Shown: in pieces, positions 12,470 to 25,300 of the stretch
Layout: every line of letters begins with the position of its first letter
How positions within the stretch are numbered: the first letter of the stretch is position 1
DNA from: Albugo candida
Taxonomy: Eukaryota
Length of the DNA: 64,000 nucleotides
Reading direction: 5' to 3'
NCBI GenBank assembly: GCA_040437565.1
Contig: JBDOQK010000001.1
Location: forward strand, 310,001 to 374,000
The notes under the pieces: model-generated
The model's database searches: none
Seen by the model: only the letters and a program-made list of their open reading frames with translations
Told to the model about the DNA's origin: nothing
Program-made: the position numbers and the translations under genes

Positions 12470-15061
12470 TTAATGGAGAAATCCTTTTTGTTTTTTCGCA
12501 TTCTGTTTGGCGGCAGTGCGACGATTAAACCGACCTTTTCGATGTGATTGCTTCCATTTCTGACGACCTGACGTAGATGTGCCGACACCAGTGTTCCCGT
12601 ACGTAATTCGATCTTCGGCTGGCTCCTCAACCGCTTTTGGCTCTTTACGTAAAGTATCATCCGACACGGTGAATGTGTGCAATGGATCATTATCAGTGCG
12701 GCGTTTTCCGTTGGTTTTGGTCGTTCGCTGTTTCTTTCGAGTGGGTTTTGATGGAGCTACTTGCAAGCCGATAGGCACGAGATAATCTGGTATTGTCGCT
12801 AGATGGGGTTGGATTCGAGCTTTTCCGATCGTTTTGTCGTGTTGTAACACATTCAAATCTCTCGGGTTGGCTTCAAAATGCGTCGCTAATTTCTCCGAAT
12901 TGAGAATTTCTTTCTTGATATCAGCAAGTTGTGCTTCACGAACAGCTATTCGCGTCACTGCCCGCTGGACATCCTCTACGCGATATCGGAAGCGATCAAC
13001 TTCCTTGAGATCAAATGCCAACGGAGCAGGTTGGTGGATCATATCGTTAGATGGAGTCATTACGGGCTGTTGTTTTGCCTGAAGCTTTTTGAGCGTTTCG
13101 GCTTCCTTCTCACATTCAGCTGATACGAGAGACACTGCCGTCCCGCTCTCATTCCCGCGCGCGGTTCGTCCGATTCGATGGATGTATGAACGAACATTTT
13201 GTGGGAAATCAACGTTGACGACAAATTTGACACCAGAGAAATCGACACCTCGTGACACGCCGTACAGTGCGTCCTGTTGTCTCGACTTTTTCGACTTTTT
13301 AGGCGATTCATTCTGGATGGAAGCNNNNNNNNNNNNNNNNNNNNNNNNNNNNNNNNNNNNNNNNNNNNNNNNNNNNNNNNNNNNNNNNNNNNNNNNNNNN
13401 NNNNNNNNNNNNNNNNNNNNNNNNGATGGAGTCATTACGGGCTGTTGTTTTGCCTGAAGCTTTTTGAGCGTTTCGGCTTCCTTCTCACATTCAGCTGATA
13501 CGAGAGACACTGCCGTCCCGCTCTCATTCCCGCGCGCGGTTCGTCCGATTCGATGGATGTATGAACGAACATTTTGTGGGAAATCAACGTTGACGACAAA
13601 TTTGACACCAGAGAAATCGACACCTCGTGACACGCCGTACAGTGCGTCCTGTTGTCTCGACTTTTTCGACTTTTTAGGCGATTCATTCTGGATGGAAGCT
13701 TCACTGCATGCGGATTGTCCCTCAAGCTCTTGGTCCTCATCCTCAAGACGCTTTTCGTCCTTATCCTCATTATCCTCAAAAGCCTCAAAATCCTCATTAT
13801 CTTCATCATCCTCATTGTCCTCATTGTCCTCATTATACTCATCCTCAGCTTCTACACTCTCGTCGGTGGCGATGAGGTTGTCGAAAAGGCCGCGATTGTA
13901 TTCGTGTAAAATATGTTTCCGCGAATTGTGGGGCATTTCCGCATTGAGAATGGCGCTTTTGATGTGGNNNNNNNNNNNNNNNNNNNNNNNNNNNNNNNNN
14001 NNNNNNNNNNNNNNNNNNNNNNNNNNNNNNNNNNNNNNNNNNNNNNNNNNNNNNNNNNNNNNNNNNNCATTATACTCATCCTCAGCTTCTACACTCTCGT
14101 CGGTGGCGATGAGGTTGTCGAAAAGGCCGCGATGGTACTCGTGTAAAATATGTTTCCGCGAATTGTGGGGCATTTCCGCATTGAGAATGGCGCTTTTGAT
14201 GTGGAATTGCTCAAAGAATAACTTGAGACGATACGCGGATGCAGTTGCATTGACGAAAAAGAGTATTTTTCCATGAAGAAGCCCGAGTTTGAGCAGTGCG
14301 TACAATAGCAATTCCTTGTCTTTTGGGGCAATTCGCAGATAAAATTGCTGGAGCTTTCCATCGGTCACCTGTTCTTCCAACTTCAAAATCGCTGCATTAT
14401 GGAACACGCTTTTTTTTAAAGCTCTTAATTCCGGACTTAGTGTCGCCGACATACATAGAATTTGGACAGCTTTTGGTAAGTGGTCAAAAATGGAGCAGAG
14501 ATCCGTTTTCGAGCCAAAGGAGAGAATCAGATCTGCTTCATCAATAATCAGAGTATGCACACTGGATGGGTCAAAATTCTTGGCTTCCAGGTGCGCTACG
14601 ATGCGTCCCGGTGTGGAGATAAGGATGTCGGCTGTATCGCGAAGAAGGGATTGTTGTATATTCATGCTTTGTCCGTTCAGTGCGAGAAGAGCGATACGAT
14701 TACGACAATAGTGCATTAGTTCCCATAGCTGCTCACGGACTTGATCGACCAATTCTCTTGTGGGAACGAGGATGATAGCTTGTGTGACGCTCTGGGAAGC
14801 GATCGAAGCTCCTTTTGATTCCTTTTGCACGAGAATTTTGTGGATAAGTGGCAGTGCGAATGCAGCGGTTTTGCCCGATCCGGTACGCGCTCGAACGATC
14901 AAGTCTTTGCCTTGAAGAGCTAATGGTATACAGTGTACTTGTACGAGTGTTGCATGTGTATAATTAAGTTTTTGGATAGCTTTGATAAGACGCTGGTCGA
15001 GTCCGAAATCGCATTCTTGAAACGTTTGTTTAGCATCCAAAAGTTCATTGGCTACGGTCAT
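12470..15061 (-). CDS. DBP9: DEAD-box RNA helicase DDX56/DBP9
   Basis: ARTGSGKTAAF, ILVPTREL, DEAD, MSAT, YGVSRGVDF and YIHRIGRTAR, plus DBP9-typical FRYRVED...VTRIAVREA...EILNSEKLATHFEANPRDL. Two gap-flank duplications inflate the length. Confidence 0.93.
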   Translation of the reverse strand: MTVANELLDAKQTFQECDFGLDQRLIKAIQKLNYTHATLVQVHCIPLALQGKDLIVRARTGSGKTAAFALPLIHKILVQKESKGASIASQSVTQAIILVPTRELVDQVREQLWELMHYCRNRIALLALNGQSMNIQQSLLRDTADILISTPGRIVAHLEAKNFDPSSVHTLIIDEADLILSFGSKTDLCSIFDHLPKAVQILCMSATLSPELRALKKSVFHNAAILKLEEQVTDGKLQQFYLRIAPKDKELLLYALLKLGLLHGKILFFVNATASAYRLKLFFEQFHIKSAILNAEMPHNSRKHILHEYHRGLFDNLIATDESVEAEDEYNXXXXXXXXXXXXXXXXXXXXXXXXXXXXXXXXXXHIKSAILNAEMPHNSRKHILHEYNRGLFDNLIATDESVEAEDEYNEDNEDNEDDEDNEDFEAFEDNEDKDEKRLEDEDQELEGQSACSEASIQNESPKKSKKSRQQDALYGVSRGVDFSGVKFVVNVDFPQNVRSYIHRIGRTARGNESGTAVSLVSAECEKEAETLKKLQAKQQPVMTPXXXXXXXXXXXXXXXXXXXXXXXXXXXXXXXXXXASIQNESPKKSKKSRQQDALYGVSRGVDFSGVKFVVNVDFPQNVRSYIHRIGRTARGNESGTAVSLVSAECEKEAETLKKLQAKQQPVMTPSNDMIHQPAPLAFDLKEVDRFRYRVEDVQRAVTRIAVREAQLADIKKEILNSEKLATHFEANPRDLNVLQHDKTIGKARIQPHLATIPDYLVPIGLQVAPSKPTRKKQRTTKTNGKRRTDNDPLHTFTVSDDTLRKEPKAVEEPAEDRITYGNTGVGTSTSGRQKWKQSHRKGRFNRRTAAKQNAKKQKGFLH
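13735..13850 (-). repeat. Imperfect 9-bp coding repeat (TCCTCATTR-like) encoding an acidic E-D-N tract in DDX56
   Basis: Translates as EDEYNEDNEDNEDDEDNEDFEAFEDNED. Confidence 0.6.
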
Positions 15062-15311
15062 CGCGGATGATAAGATAAAAAAGGAGTGTTTGAAAGTTAT
15101 ATAACGTTTTTTGGCGTAGCATTATTAAGCTTGAAAACTGTAATACGTCGTTGAGACCGTATACTGCTACGAGTATACTGCTGCAAACACGTGTCACGAC
15201 AGCAAGTGAAATCATTAAAAAAGTTTGTAATTTCCTATTTTTGGATATATATTCGTACACGCTTACACTATGACACACGCTTAACGTCGCCCTGTGAAGC
15301 ATAACTAAACG

Positions 15312-16721
15312 TTATTCACAACCGCCTTGTAACCGATGCATTCGACCGCGATAACTTTTGCCGTATCGTCCTTCGCTGTGTGCCATACACATTCCATTCC
15401 TTTGCGCCCATTTTGTGCATCCACTAGAATGACCACACCGTCTACCTCCACCATGGCTACGACAAAATCCATCGCCTTGTGAGCTTTTTGTACAGCCTTC
15501 TACTCGACATCGAACGCCTCCACCGTGAGCCTTGCACATTCCTCGAGATTGAGCCGCTTTGGTACATCCTTCGACGGTACATCGTTTACCTCCACCGTGT
15601 GTGATACATAAACTACCGCTTTGACTTGCACGGGTACACCCGTCTACACTACAACGACGACCACCACCGTGAGCTTTGCATAAACCTCTTGATCTCGATA
15701 AATTAGTACATCCATTCGAAGCACATAATTTTCTCCGTTTGCACCTCTTCGCGTTGGAGTGATACTGAGGCGACGATACTGACGCATTTGATTCGTTTAT
15801 ATCCTTTGTGTGCTTATAGTCGGAAATATCTTGTGAAATCAAATCGCGGCAAATGGAAGCGATATCTTCAATCAATGGTTGTTGATTATGATTATTGTTG
15901 GAGATTGGTAGGTCAGGAGTAGGACTCGGTAGTAGAGCGTCTTGCAGCCTCTCGATATCTTCAATTTTTTCTAAAGGCGTTGGTGTATCTTTGCAGTAAT
16001 CAAAAGGAGATGGAAGTAACGTGACATCAGGCGTCGGTGTTTTCAACTGATTCATCCATTCTTCCATGATAGAAGAAAAATTTGGTTGTGGTTCTGTATT
16101 TAGATGGTCATTTCGACCAGTTATAAGGGAGACTCGGGTGGATTTTCTTCGGTGACTGACATCCACTTGAGAGTTGATACTTGAAGTAAATGAATGTCGA
16201 TGTGAAAACGGTTCCTGAGATAGTGCAATATCCGAATCACAATGAACCCGATTTAGTGTGAATGCTGGGGGCTTCGACAGCGAAGTTGAAGTAGCATGAT
16301 GCGTCTGATTGGACGTTAAAGGATGGTTGCAGATCTCATAATATCCCGGATCACACGTTCTATTGTTAGAAAATTGATTCCTTTGTTGCGTGACTGGCGC
16401 AGACGGAAGGATTTGTTCGTACTTAATTGAAGAAGGGGTGTATTGTGATTCAAACGGTGCTGTTGTGTTGGATGTAATCACTGATACCGGATAAGTTATT
16501 GTATTTGGCGAGGGAAATAGATGATGTGGCTGTGATTGCGTTAAGCCATATTGGTTTGATTGATGATATGAACGCTGGCCAGTTCCACGATACGAATTTG
16601 TATTGGGATCTTCTTTTTGCTTTTTATGGAATCGAAAAGAAAATCGTTCAAATGGTTTCCCCAATCTCTCTGCAAGGGACATCTTCCTTACGAGACACAA
16701 GGAAAAATGGTCTGGTCTCAA
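15312..16721 (-). CDS. Protein with five C-x4-C-x9-C-x2-H-GGG zinc-finger repeats (WRKY19-like GGG repeat family; no WRKY domain)
   Basis: CASNGC..CKAHGGG, CSVDGC..CITHGGG, CTVEGC..CKAHGGG, CRVEGC..CRSHGGG and CGHSSGC..CMAH. Basic KRCKRRK before the repeats. The real start is probably MSLAERL (~16682). Confidence 0.8.
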   Translation of the reverse strand: MRPDHFSLCLVRKMSLAERLGKPFERFSFRFHKKQKEDPNTNSYRGTGQRSYHQSNQYGLTQSQPHHLFPSPNTITYPVSVITSNTTAPFESQYTPSSIKYEQILPSAPVTQQRNQFSNNRTCDPGYYEICNHPLTSNQTHHATSTSLSKPPAFTLNRVHCDSDIALSQEPFSHRHSFTSSINSQVDVSHRRKSTRVSLITGRNDHLNTEPQPNFSSIMEEWMNQLKTPTPDVTLLPSPFDYCKDTPTPLEKIEDIERLQDALLPSPTPDLPISNNNHNQQPLIEDIASICRDLISQDISDYKHTKDINESNASVSSPQYHSNAKRCKRRKLCASNGCTNLSRSRGLCKAHGGGRRCSVDGCTRASQSGSLCITHGGGKRCTVEGCTKAAQSRGMCKAHGGGVRCRVEGCTKSSQGDGFCRSHGGGRRCGHSSGCTKWAQRNGMCMAHSEGRYGKSYRGRMHRLQGGCE

Positions 16722-17304
16722 ATATCTGTTTTCAAGTCGTCAGTGTGAATATCATAGCTAAGTGGTTAAAAACCCGATTACAGTTCAGAGAAATGGACTC
16801 ATTTTGTCATCATGTTGACCTGCGACAAGTAAATCTCACATGGGTTAGGGCTTGTTGATAGAACTGACTTAAGTTTGCCGGTTACGCAGCTGGACGCAAT
16901 CAAACAATTCTCCTCTATTGTCTGGTCCTATCTTTCATGTTGCAATTTCAAGTCTACACCGGCTATGAACTATTTAACATGCATACGTGAACGCGAGAAA
17001 GAGTGAAACCTTGAAGCGTAATCAAGTCAATCCGATTAGGGTTGAAGGATCATAACAATAGCTTTTTTCTTTGCTCGGATCATGTGGCACAAATATCATT
17101 GGATGATGAATTGCAAAAACTTTTCAAATTCTCGAATGTTGATGCCTTATCTTTTTGCACAATCTTTGTTTTTTCTTCAATCTAACGTAAACTTGTGATA
17201 CTGTAAAAAAGACAGGCAAAAAAGTCGTCAGAATGTGGCCGGATTACGTTTTGTTTCTTCCGTCTGCGGCTTTTCAAACAAATCCTTTTCTCCTGATGCT
17301 CTAT

Positions 17305-20300
17305 TTATATATGAATGTCTCGCGGCATAATCGAAGGTTTCAACATCTCTTCTGCCAAGAAATCTACAGGAAACGCCACCAAATGTCCTTGTATCTCATG
17401 TAGCATGCCTCGTACATTCTTCTCACCACCATTTGTGATCGTTGCTGCAGTTTGGACATGCCCGATCTGACAATCGCCTGATTGATCATCAGGCACTTGA
17501 CTACTCTCTTCATTCTCTGACTGAGACATTTCCTTGCTGTCTCCACGATCTATTCTCCTGTAACGTTTGATAAAATCATTGAAAAAATCTTTGCGAGTAT
17601 AATTTTCCGCAGGTTCGTCTAAGAAAGACGAATATCGTTTAAGCGATCTCTTTCTACTTCGTTTCGGCTGAATATCCATAGTTTGTCGGTGAGTAAGGCG
17701 ATACACCAACTCTTTAGCTACCACATCATCGTGTACTGGGCTTTCAGTGCGGACAAACTCGGTTGTGGCCGCACTAGGGCTATTCGAGTTCGATGCGGTG
17801 GATGGATGCAGTAGCACCGACGATGTTGGACGTGAGAGTTCTTGTAGAAGGTGACGAGCAGATGATACGTTCGATGATAACGATTCAGCAAACGAGTGCG
17901 CTCTATTGACGAATTGCTCTCCTCGACGTCGCCATCGTGCTTGAAAATCTTCTTCGTCGCTATCTTCAACAGATATCATGGATAAAGTTTGCATGCTACT
18001 GACATCCTTCTTGATCCAGCGTCGACGGCGCACTTGAGTGATTAATCGATCGGTCATAAAATTGTGAAAGCGTTCTCGTCTACTATAATCACGTTTCCAC
18101 GTGCGTATCTCCTGAAATACTGCAAAGTTGCGAGCGTAACACCATCCGTCGTTATCCATTGAAAAAATCTTTTTTCGAACTCTATCCTTTCGGTTATCAA
18201 TTTTGTAACTCTCGAAGCAAATTCGGTCGAGTGGAATCGAAACACCATTCACATCGGTCCACGGAGCATAGTCGCCTTCTTTCAAGTGGCAGGCGTTCCA
18301 AACTGGATTTCCTAAACCTTTCATCATATTTAGCCGCTGATTTTCGTAAAATTCGCCTATTTCAATGTTTTGAAAAGACGTGAAGGACCGCATCTCATTG
18401 GACGGTGCACAATTAAAAATGCGCTGATAAATTCGCGTATTTTGATTCGCTAATTGCTGGATAAATTCCCACGTTTCAACTGATATCGGATTTTCACACT
18501 GAAAGCTATCCTCTTGAAACCCTAAATGCTCACGAAATAACTGTTTCCTTAACGCGCTGGCGCCCAATCCGCATTCTAAATTCCAACTTTGACTGCTAAA
18601 CTCCACATCCTCCAACACGATGTCCATTTCTGAGTCGCGAGTCCCAAGCATACTGCGGTCGTTTATATTAGCACTTCCAAGCACAACCACGCGATCATCG
18701 GCAATAAGTAACTTACTGTGAATGTAAATTTGCTCCGTACAAACACTTCCATTCGGTAAAATACCAAATTTACGTAATCCAAATATCGCGACGTATTTTT
18801 CCGGTTCCGAAGTGAAAGTTCGCAACGCGGAAAGCAAACTGTGACGTCCGCGTGAAAGAGTTTGAAATTGCCAATGCATCACTGCGTGTAGGTTTGTCAA
18901 TTCCTCGCTACGTATATTACCTTCAAATGCCGGGAGTAATGGCATTAAAATATACACGCGAAACACCTCCTTCGCTTGAGCTGCACGTTTTATCCGATCC
19001 ACGAGTGCTTGTAAAATTCGGTTTCGTACCACCGTGTTTGATTCTAATCCGGAGATGAAGAATTGATTTTCAATGTAGATATAATACTTTGCATTCGCAA
19101 TAACACGTTGGTACGCTCGGTGTATACTGTCTTCCGTCGGAACTCCAGCAGACCACATCGAAACCGATCGTACTAATTGCGCGTTCACTTTATAACTATT
19201 ACCACACCACTCTGTCTCATCACCGCGCAGTTCATTTTCGCTCTCTGCCGAACGCTTGCATCGATTTGATTTATCCCGTTCGATAGAGTCGCTATTAACA
19301 TCTCGATGTAAATTATGATATGAATGAGTATACATCGACTCAACACCCTCCCGAGTCGAGAAATCCATCGGTAAGATACATTTTGAGACGCTTTTGAATC
19401 GTCTTTTACGAAAACAAATGCACCAACCCGTTCGCACGTGATAATCGTTTTTTAAGGACACAAAATTCCACCGCTGAATGAAATGTAACGCCACATCTTG
19501 AGCGGCAGGGCCAATCACACTGCAGTGAACATCATGCCACGGCATACGTGGAACCGATGCACGGTCCACCAAGTCCTCATACGGTTTGTGAACCGCAACA
19601 AAGTCTCGAATGATGGGATTCGAGTAGTCTTTGCCCAACCAGACGTGCCTCTCGGACAAATTCGGATCACCGTCACTCAGGGGATGCTCTGCATGATCAT
19701 ATCGTCCAAAACAAAGATCCAGACCACCCACGAATGCTATATGTTGATCCACACAAACGATTTTTTCGTGATGCGACCAGAACCCAAGACTTTGTAACTG
19801 AAACAATGGATCTCGGAGTACTTGAATATTTGGATGTGTTTTCAGGCTTCGTTTTGTGTAAAGGCTGTTAAGTGTTAACGCGAATTTAACTTCGCGATAG
19901 ATCAAAACGTAAATTTTGACACCTTGTATGGCTTTACGCAAAAGTAAATTACGGAGTTGATAGTCGCTTTTCACTCGATCTTCTCGAGTTATATAACCCG
20001 GAAGTTTCCTTCCAGGACGGAGGAGATATAAGTCAGGAGTCACCCACCAACCAGCAATGAAAACTTCATGTTTGGCAGCTCGAATAGCCTTGTACATAGC
20101 CTCATAGGTGTCTTCCCCGTCAACATGCCAACGCACATAACAAGCTGCAGACGTTTCAATACCGTACATGTGCTTTGTCGGTACTTTGCCTCGATCTTGC
20201 GGGCTATTATTCGTATCGTTTCCGATACAACGAACTGGAGCAAAAGAATTGTAACGATAGGTTGCTTTATCCGTATAAAAACTTTCCACCTGCTGAATAC

Positions 20301-22360
20301 AAGATAACCAGCGATCACGACGGAGGTGAGCGTGCCATAATCCACTATACATTCCTAGATAGCTGAGCAGAAGGCCAATGATAGCGGACACGATCCCTCC
20401 AGATAGAAAGATAGCCGATAAGCGGGCCCAAACCGCCCATGTCGATGCAGCGATTTCGACTGGAATGTCACAAATAAAAGACGTTTTATCAATGTGTAAT
20501 TTCGATGTACCAATAACTCCTTGTAGTGTAACAGAGCCAACATTCGGTATACTGTAAATGGTTCCAGTCGGTAGTAATCGATCGGATTCCAATTCCAAAC
20601 GTTTTAGCACTACCATCATAGAGTTTTTTCTCACAAGATTAGCTAACGCCGTTCCATCGAGAATAGCATTTCCTTTCACTGCCCATAAACTCTGCTTGCT
20701 CGTAAACGAGGTGGTATTAACCTGTTGAGTATCCACTTCAAACAAAAACGTATTTCCCACTTTTTGTACGCTCACATCGCGTGGAACTGTAAACGCGTAC
20801 CCACAATATATTGTCTGATTCGTATCCCACATTTCAGAAAAAATCGGAGTCTGCATTACCCTTTTCGCGTCTGCAAAATTTTCAAAGTTCAACGTGTGAT
20901 ACTGAAACGACCACGGAATAACCAAGATGATGAGATACGACACCAAACATAACCCGATAAATGACGTAAACCGTGAATAATAGTGTCCAGTATCAAGCTC
21001 CACAAAACCGNNNNNNNNNNNNNNNNNNNNNNNNNNNNNNNNNNNNNNNNNNNNNNNNNNNNNNNNNNNNNNNNNNNNNNNNNNNNNNNNNNNNNNNNNN
21101 NNNNNNNNNNGCGTCTGCAAAATTTTCAAAGTTCAACGTGTGATACTGAAACGACCACGGAATAACCAAGATGATGAGATACGACACCAAACATAACCCG
21201 ATAAATGACGTAAACCGTGAATAATAGTGTCCAGTATCAAGCTCCACAAAACCGGCTTTGCCACGAATCACAAGTCCGCTCGGTGTCCATGACACACCTT
21301 GACGGAAGTTAGCTTTATAACTCGTCAACGAAGGATCGAATAAAAACACTTCACTCGCGGTCTCATCGTTACGATGTCGATATGCCGCCAAGTACGATGG
21401 TTTAAGTATCACCCACCGCCTAAGTACACCAGTTCGATGTTGGAAAAACATATATATAAACAACACCAGGTACGCCATAGTGAGTAAGAAGGCAACACCA
21501 ACGAAGAAACGCTTCATGTCGAAAATCTTTTTCGTTTCGTCTTTGTCAGTTCGGACACCAACAAACTGCGGGAATTCCGCAATTACAATGAATAAAATCG
21601 GACAAATGAAAAGAACAACAGTCGATGCAAATAATAGCTTCATCCACGTGTGATACAGATGACGGTACCATATTTCCATCCGATGATTGAAAAACTTATA
21701 TAAGGGCAATTGGAAGGCGCCATTGATCCGAACATGCACGTAACCTTCCCTAAGTGACGGTCCGTATTGCTTTATGCAGCGATTGGGAGATAGCTCCAAA
21801 AAGCAGAGAAGAGGTTCCAGCTTCTGAATGTGCTGTGCATTTTCTAATAGAATATCGATATATCTTTGTACAAATTCTTTGTCTTTCATACGCTCTTGAG
21901 CGTGTTTTTCTCGCCATAATGCCCAAGGAAGCGCTACTTTTGTAAACAATTTGCGTTGGGAATATAATGTGTAAAGAATTAAATGTATGTGAAGTAACAC
22001 GAGTTGTTTCTGACCAAATGTTATCTCCCAATCATTTTCTCCCCACTGCACACGACCGACAAATAAACAGCAAGGCAGAAGGCCTGAATGGTCGATGATT
22101 GTGTGTGTTATTTGGCACGATACATTGCTGGGAATAATGCGTGTAGGACTATTCGGTTGATCCGTACCGTCTGATGCTCTTATTTCTCTCTGTGAGCTTT
22201 CCGATGATGGCTGATTTGGTTTTGAGCTGTGTGGGAGATTTTGAGATGACACGGGTGTTTCCGCAATTAGGTTGTTAGTGTCTGTATTGGGGAGTGACAT
22301 TGAATGTACGTGGTGGTAGGTCTTTGTAGTGCATTTATATATTAGAGAACCACTGGTCAC
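17305..22360 (-). CDS. Transmembrane phospholipase D (oomycete PXTM-PLD-like)
   Basis: Two HKD motifs (HHEKIVCVD, HSKLLIADD), FVGGLDLCFGRYD, PRMPWHD, IYIENQFF and GSANINDRS. The N-terminal PX/PH-like region has several hydrophobic TM segments. ORFs 20993-22360 and 17305-21129 overlap through a gap duplication. Confidence 0.9.
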
Positions 22361-25300
22361 GAGCGCAAATCAGCAATTAAGAAAATAGTAATGTGTGTGA
22401 CTTTTCTCGCAGTTTGAACCCAAAAGGATGCGTCGTCACAGATGTTGTATTCGAGAAGAGACTGTACTTTTACTGACGAGCATTCTGTACCCGACCACAG
22501 CACATTTGTACTGTGGCAACTTTGACCATTCCAGCAGTATCCGTGATTTAGACCGCGCATAATAGTCACATTACGTACTTTTGAAGGCAGTGTTACGATC
22601 AGATAAACTATTGGCTTCGACAATATGCTACATTGACGATAAGCAAGGCTCGTCTGGTGCTTATTTCCGCACTTTAGATCATTGCAACGATTACGCCAAC
22701 GGCAACAACATCTATGGCCTAGCCTCATTATGGTATAGGAGAATTCTTCTTGGCAGCTGAGGCTGAAATCATATATGCCTCGTTTGATAGCACTAGCGTA
22801 GATTTGTCCGAGTGAGCTCTATTCTGCATACCATTTTATGCGCTTCCCAGGCTTCTACTCTTCACAAAAACTGTTTGGAAGCGGAGAAAGGGTTGGGAAC
22901 GTCTTATGGACGCAGTCGGTCACGACTGTTATCGCTGCTCTTTTTACTCACTTCAATTTATGGATGCTCGAGGCAGATGCAGCTTCGGTCATTTGCACAC
23001 CACTCGGCTCGTCACGACGGACATTTACAGAATGAAGAACGAGAGAGTTTGTCGAAATCTTCCAGTGCGAAGCCATCTGCTAAACATACGAGCCACTTGA
23101 TGCTGTTTGATTAATCGCGTACTGCCAAGCTTGCCTGCAAACATAAGCCACCGAGATGGTCGAGATTGGTACATCCACCGGTGAGTTGTCATTGATGTGC
23201 CGCTCGAAAGTCAACGTCATAAATCGTTTTCTCGTCACTTAGCTGGCCATAAGCACTATAATTCATTCAAAAGAAAGAAATCTTAGTCTTCCAGCAGGCA
23301 TTTTTTTTTGGCTTTAAAGTTTATAGATGGAGCAGCACATTCCTAAACATATGAGCAGGCTGCTGCCTTCCTATCAACATCCGTGCGCAGATGTCATTAG
23401 CGCTATTCAAGGCGTACTGAAGCCTGGGCCTCCCTGCCGTTCTCTCGCATGGTGAAGCATCTCCCTCTCTTAGTGTACCGGAAATTTAAGGAGATGATCG
23501 AGAATTGCCATATTCTGGCACTTCATAACGCATCGGCTTATCATATGAGAGACACCTACCGAATTCGAGTTGAGCATGCACGTGCGATTGAAACTACGTA
23601 CGATATCCTTCAGTCAATGCGGTGAGGTGTTGGGAGGTGCTCTATCCAATCTCGGCTGGAATTTGCGAAAAAGCTTCAAGAATTGAACCCCCGTATAGTT
23701 ACAATTTCCATATTATTTCCCCTTCGTCTTTTTCTTAGCACACGATAGGATCGTCTAAGGTCTGCGTGCATCTTCCTATCGTATTAATATGCTGGATTAC
23801 AAAACCTTCGATAGTTAAGGTCAATGTCATGCATCGTGAGACTAGGACACGTTTCTACAAAAGCGAATGACATAAAGGAGAAATACACCTGATTTACTGC
23901 CCAGTGGTGCACGAAAGCAGAAGCTGATAAACATGTGAGTGTTCATATCGTAAAGTCATCCTTTGTCAGTATATAAACTTCAACTTTGCGATAAAAGCAC
24001 TCCCGGCTGACGACGTAAGATCCAGTCAAAGCATGTATTGTGTATACGGAATTTGGCAGGTAACGGTCCGACTCTACAAACAAAAAAGCAGTTGAGAGTT
24101 TCAGCGGTTATTCCCGTTGGAATGTTTAGCGGCGACTTGACTAGAATAGTTATCCGAGAAAGACGTGCGTCTCACGAGATTTTGTACAGATATCACGATA
24201 ATTAGAACACTCTGCTGTTGCATAGATATGTCAACAAGCCGTATTTGATGCTGGTATTCGATTTGTGGATGTGCCGTAAAAGAAAAGAGGAATCCAATGG
24301 ACGGGATATGTCAAAGGTCGGCAAANNNNNNNNNNNNNNNNNNNNNNNNNNNNNNNNNNNNNNNNNNNNNNNNNNNNNNNNNNNNNNNNNNNNNNNNNNN
24401 NNNNNNNNNNNNNNNNNNNNNNNNNAGATATCACGATAATTAGAACACTCTGCTGTTGCATAGATATGTCAACAAGCCGTATTTGATGCTGGTATTCGAT
24501 TTGTGGATGTGCCGTAAAAGAAAAGAGGAATCCAATGGACGGGATATGTCAAAGGTCGGCAAATTGAGGACGGATATGGCGCTTCTTTTATGCAGGATTC
24601 AAGCGTTAATATTATCAGCAGGGAACGGGTTTGCCTCCAGTCTCCATCAAACTTTGTCTAAAAGAAGAATGGAGTGATCTTCTGCTAAAATGCTGACAAT
24701 ATATGTTGAAGTGGTTTATGTTGGAATCAAAAGAAGTGAGAAGGATACCAATACACAGAATCAAAACTCCTTTGCGCTGGAAGCAAACACGCAATAAGAT
24801 CTAGTGCTCCCAACTTTAGATTCTTTGCGTGATGATTCTGACAGTCATATTGAGCATTAACTATTGTTAGAGACTCAAATCGAGGAAATGCAAATGCAGT
24901 GACTGATTGGTTCCATATTGTGCTACAGCCGTGAAAGTAAGGTCGAGTAGAGTTAACAACACGTCAGCTATTTAGGAATTCCAAGTCATCTGNNNNNNNN
25001 NNNNNNNNNNNNNNNNNNNNNNNNNNNNNNNNNNNNNNNNNNNNNNNNNNNNNNNNNNNNNNNNNNNNNNNNNNNNNNNNNNNNNNNNNNNNTCAGCAGG
25101 GAACGGGTTTGCCTCCAGTCTCCATCAAACTTTGTCTAAAAGAAGAATGGAGTGATCTTCTGCTAAAATGCTGACAATATATGTTGAAGTGGTTTATGTT
25201 GGAATCAAAAGAAGTGAGAAGGATACCAATACACAGAATCAAAACTCCTTTGCGCTGGAAGCAAACACGCAATAAGATCTAGTGCTCCCAACTTTAGATT

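Noticed and set aside
13030-13700. Apparent tandem duplication of the helicase C-terminal domain in DDX56 (likewise in PLD, CRT-like, TrpA and PI4K)
   Set aside because: Near-identical copies directly flank fixed 100-N gaps, so these are assembly overlap artefacts rather than real domain duplications.
22812-23114. RxLR-EER-like string (hydrophobic stretch, QLR, EER)
   Set aside because: No in-frame ATG before the hydrophobic stretch, the motif is not RxLR, and the ORF ends shortly after.
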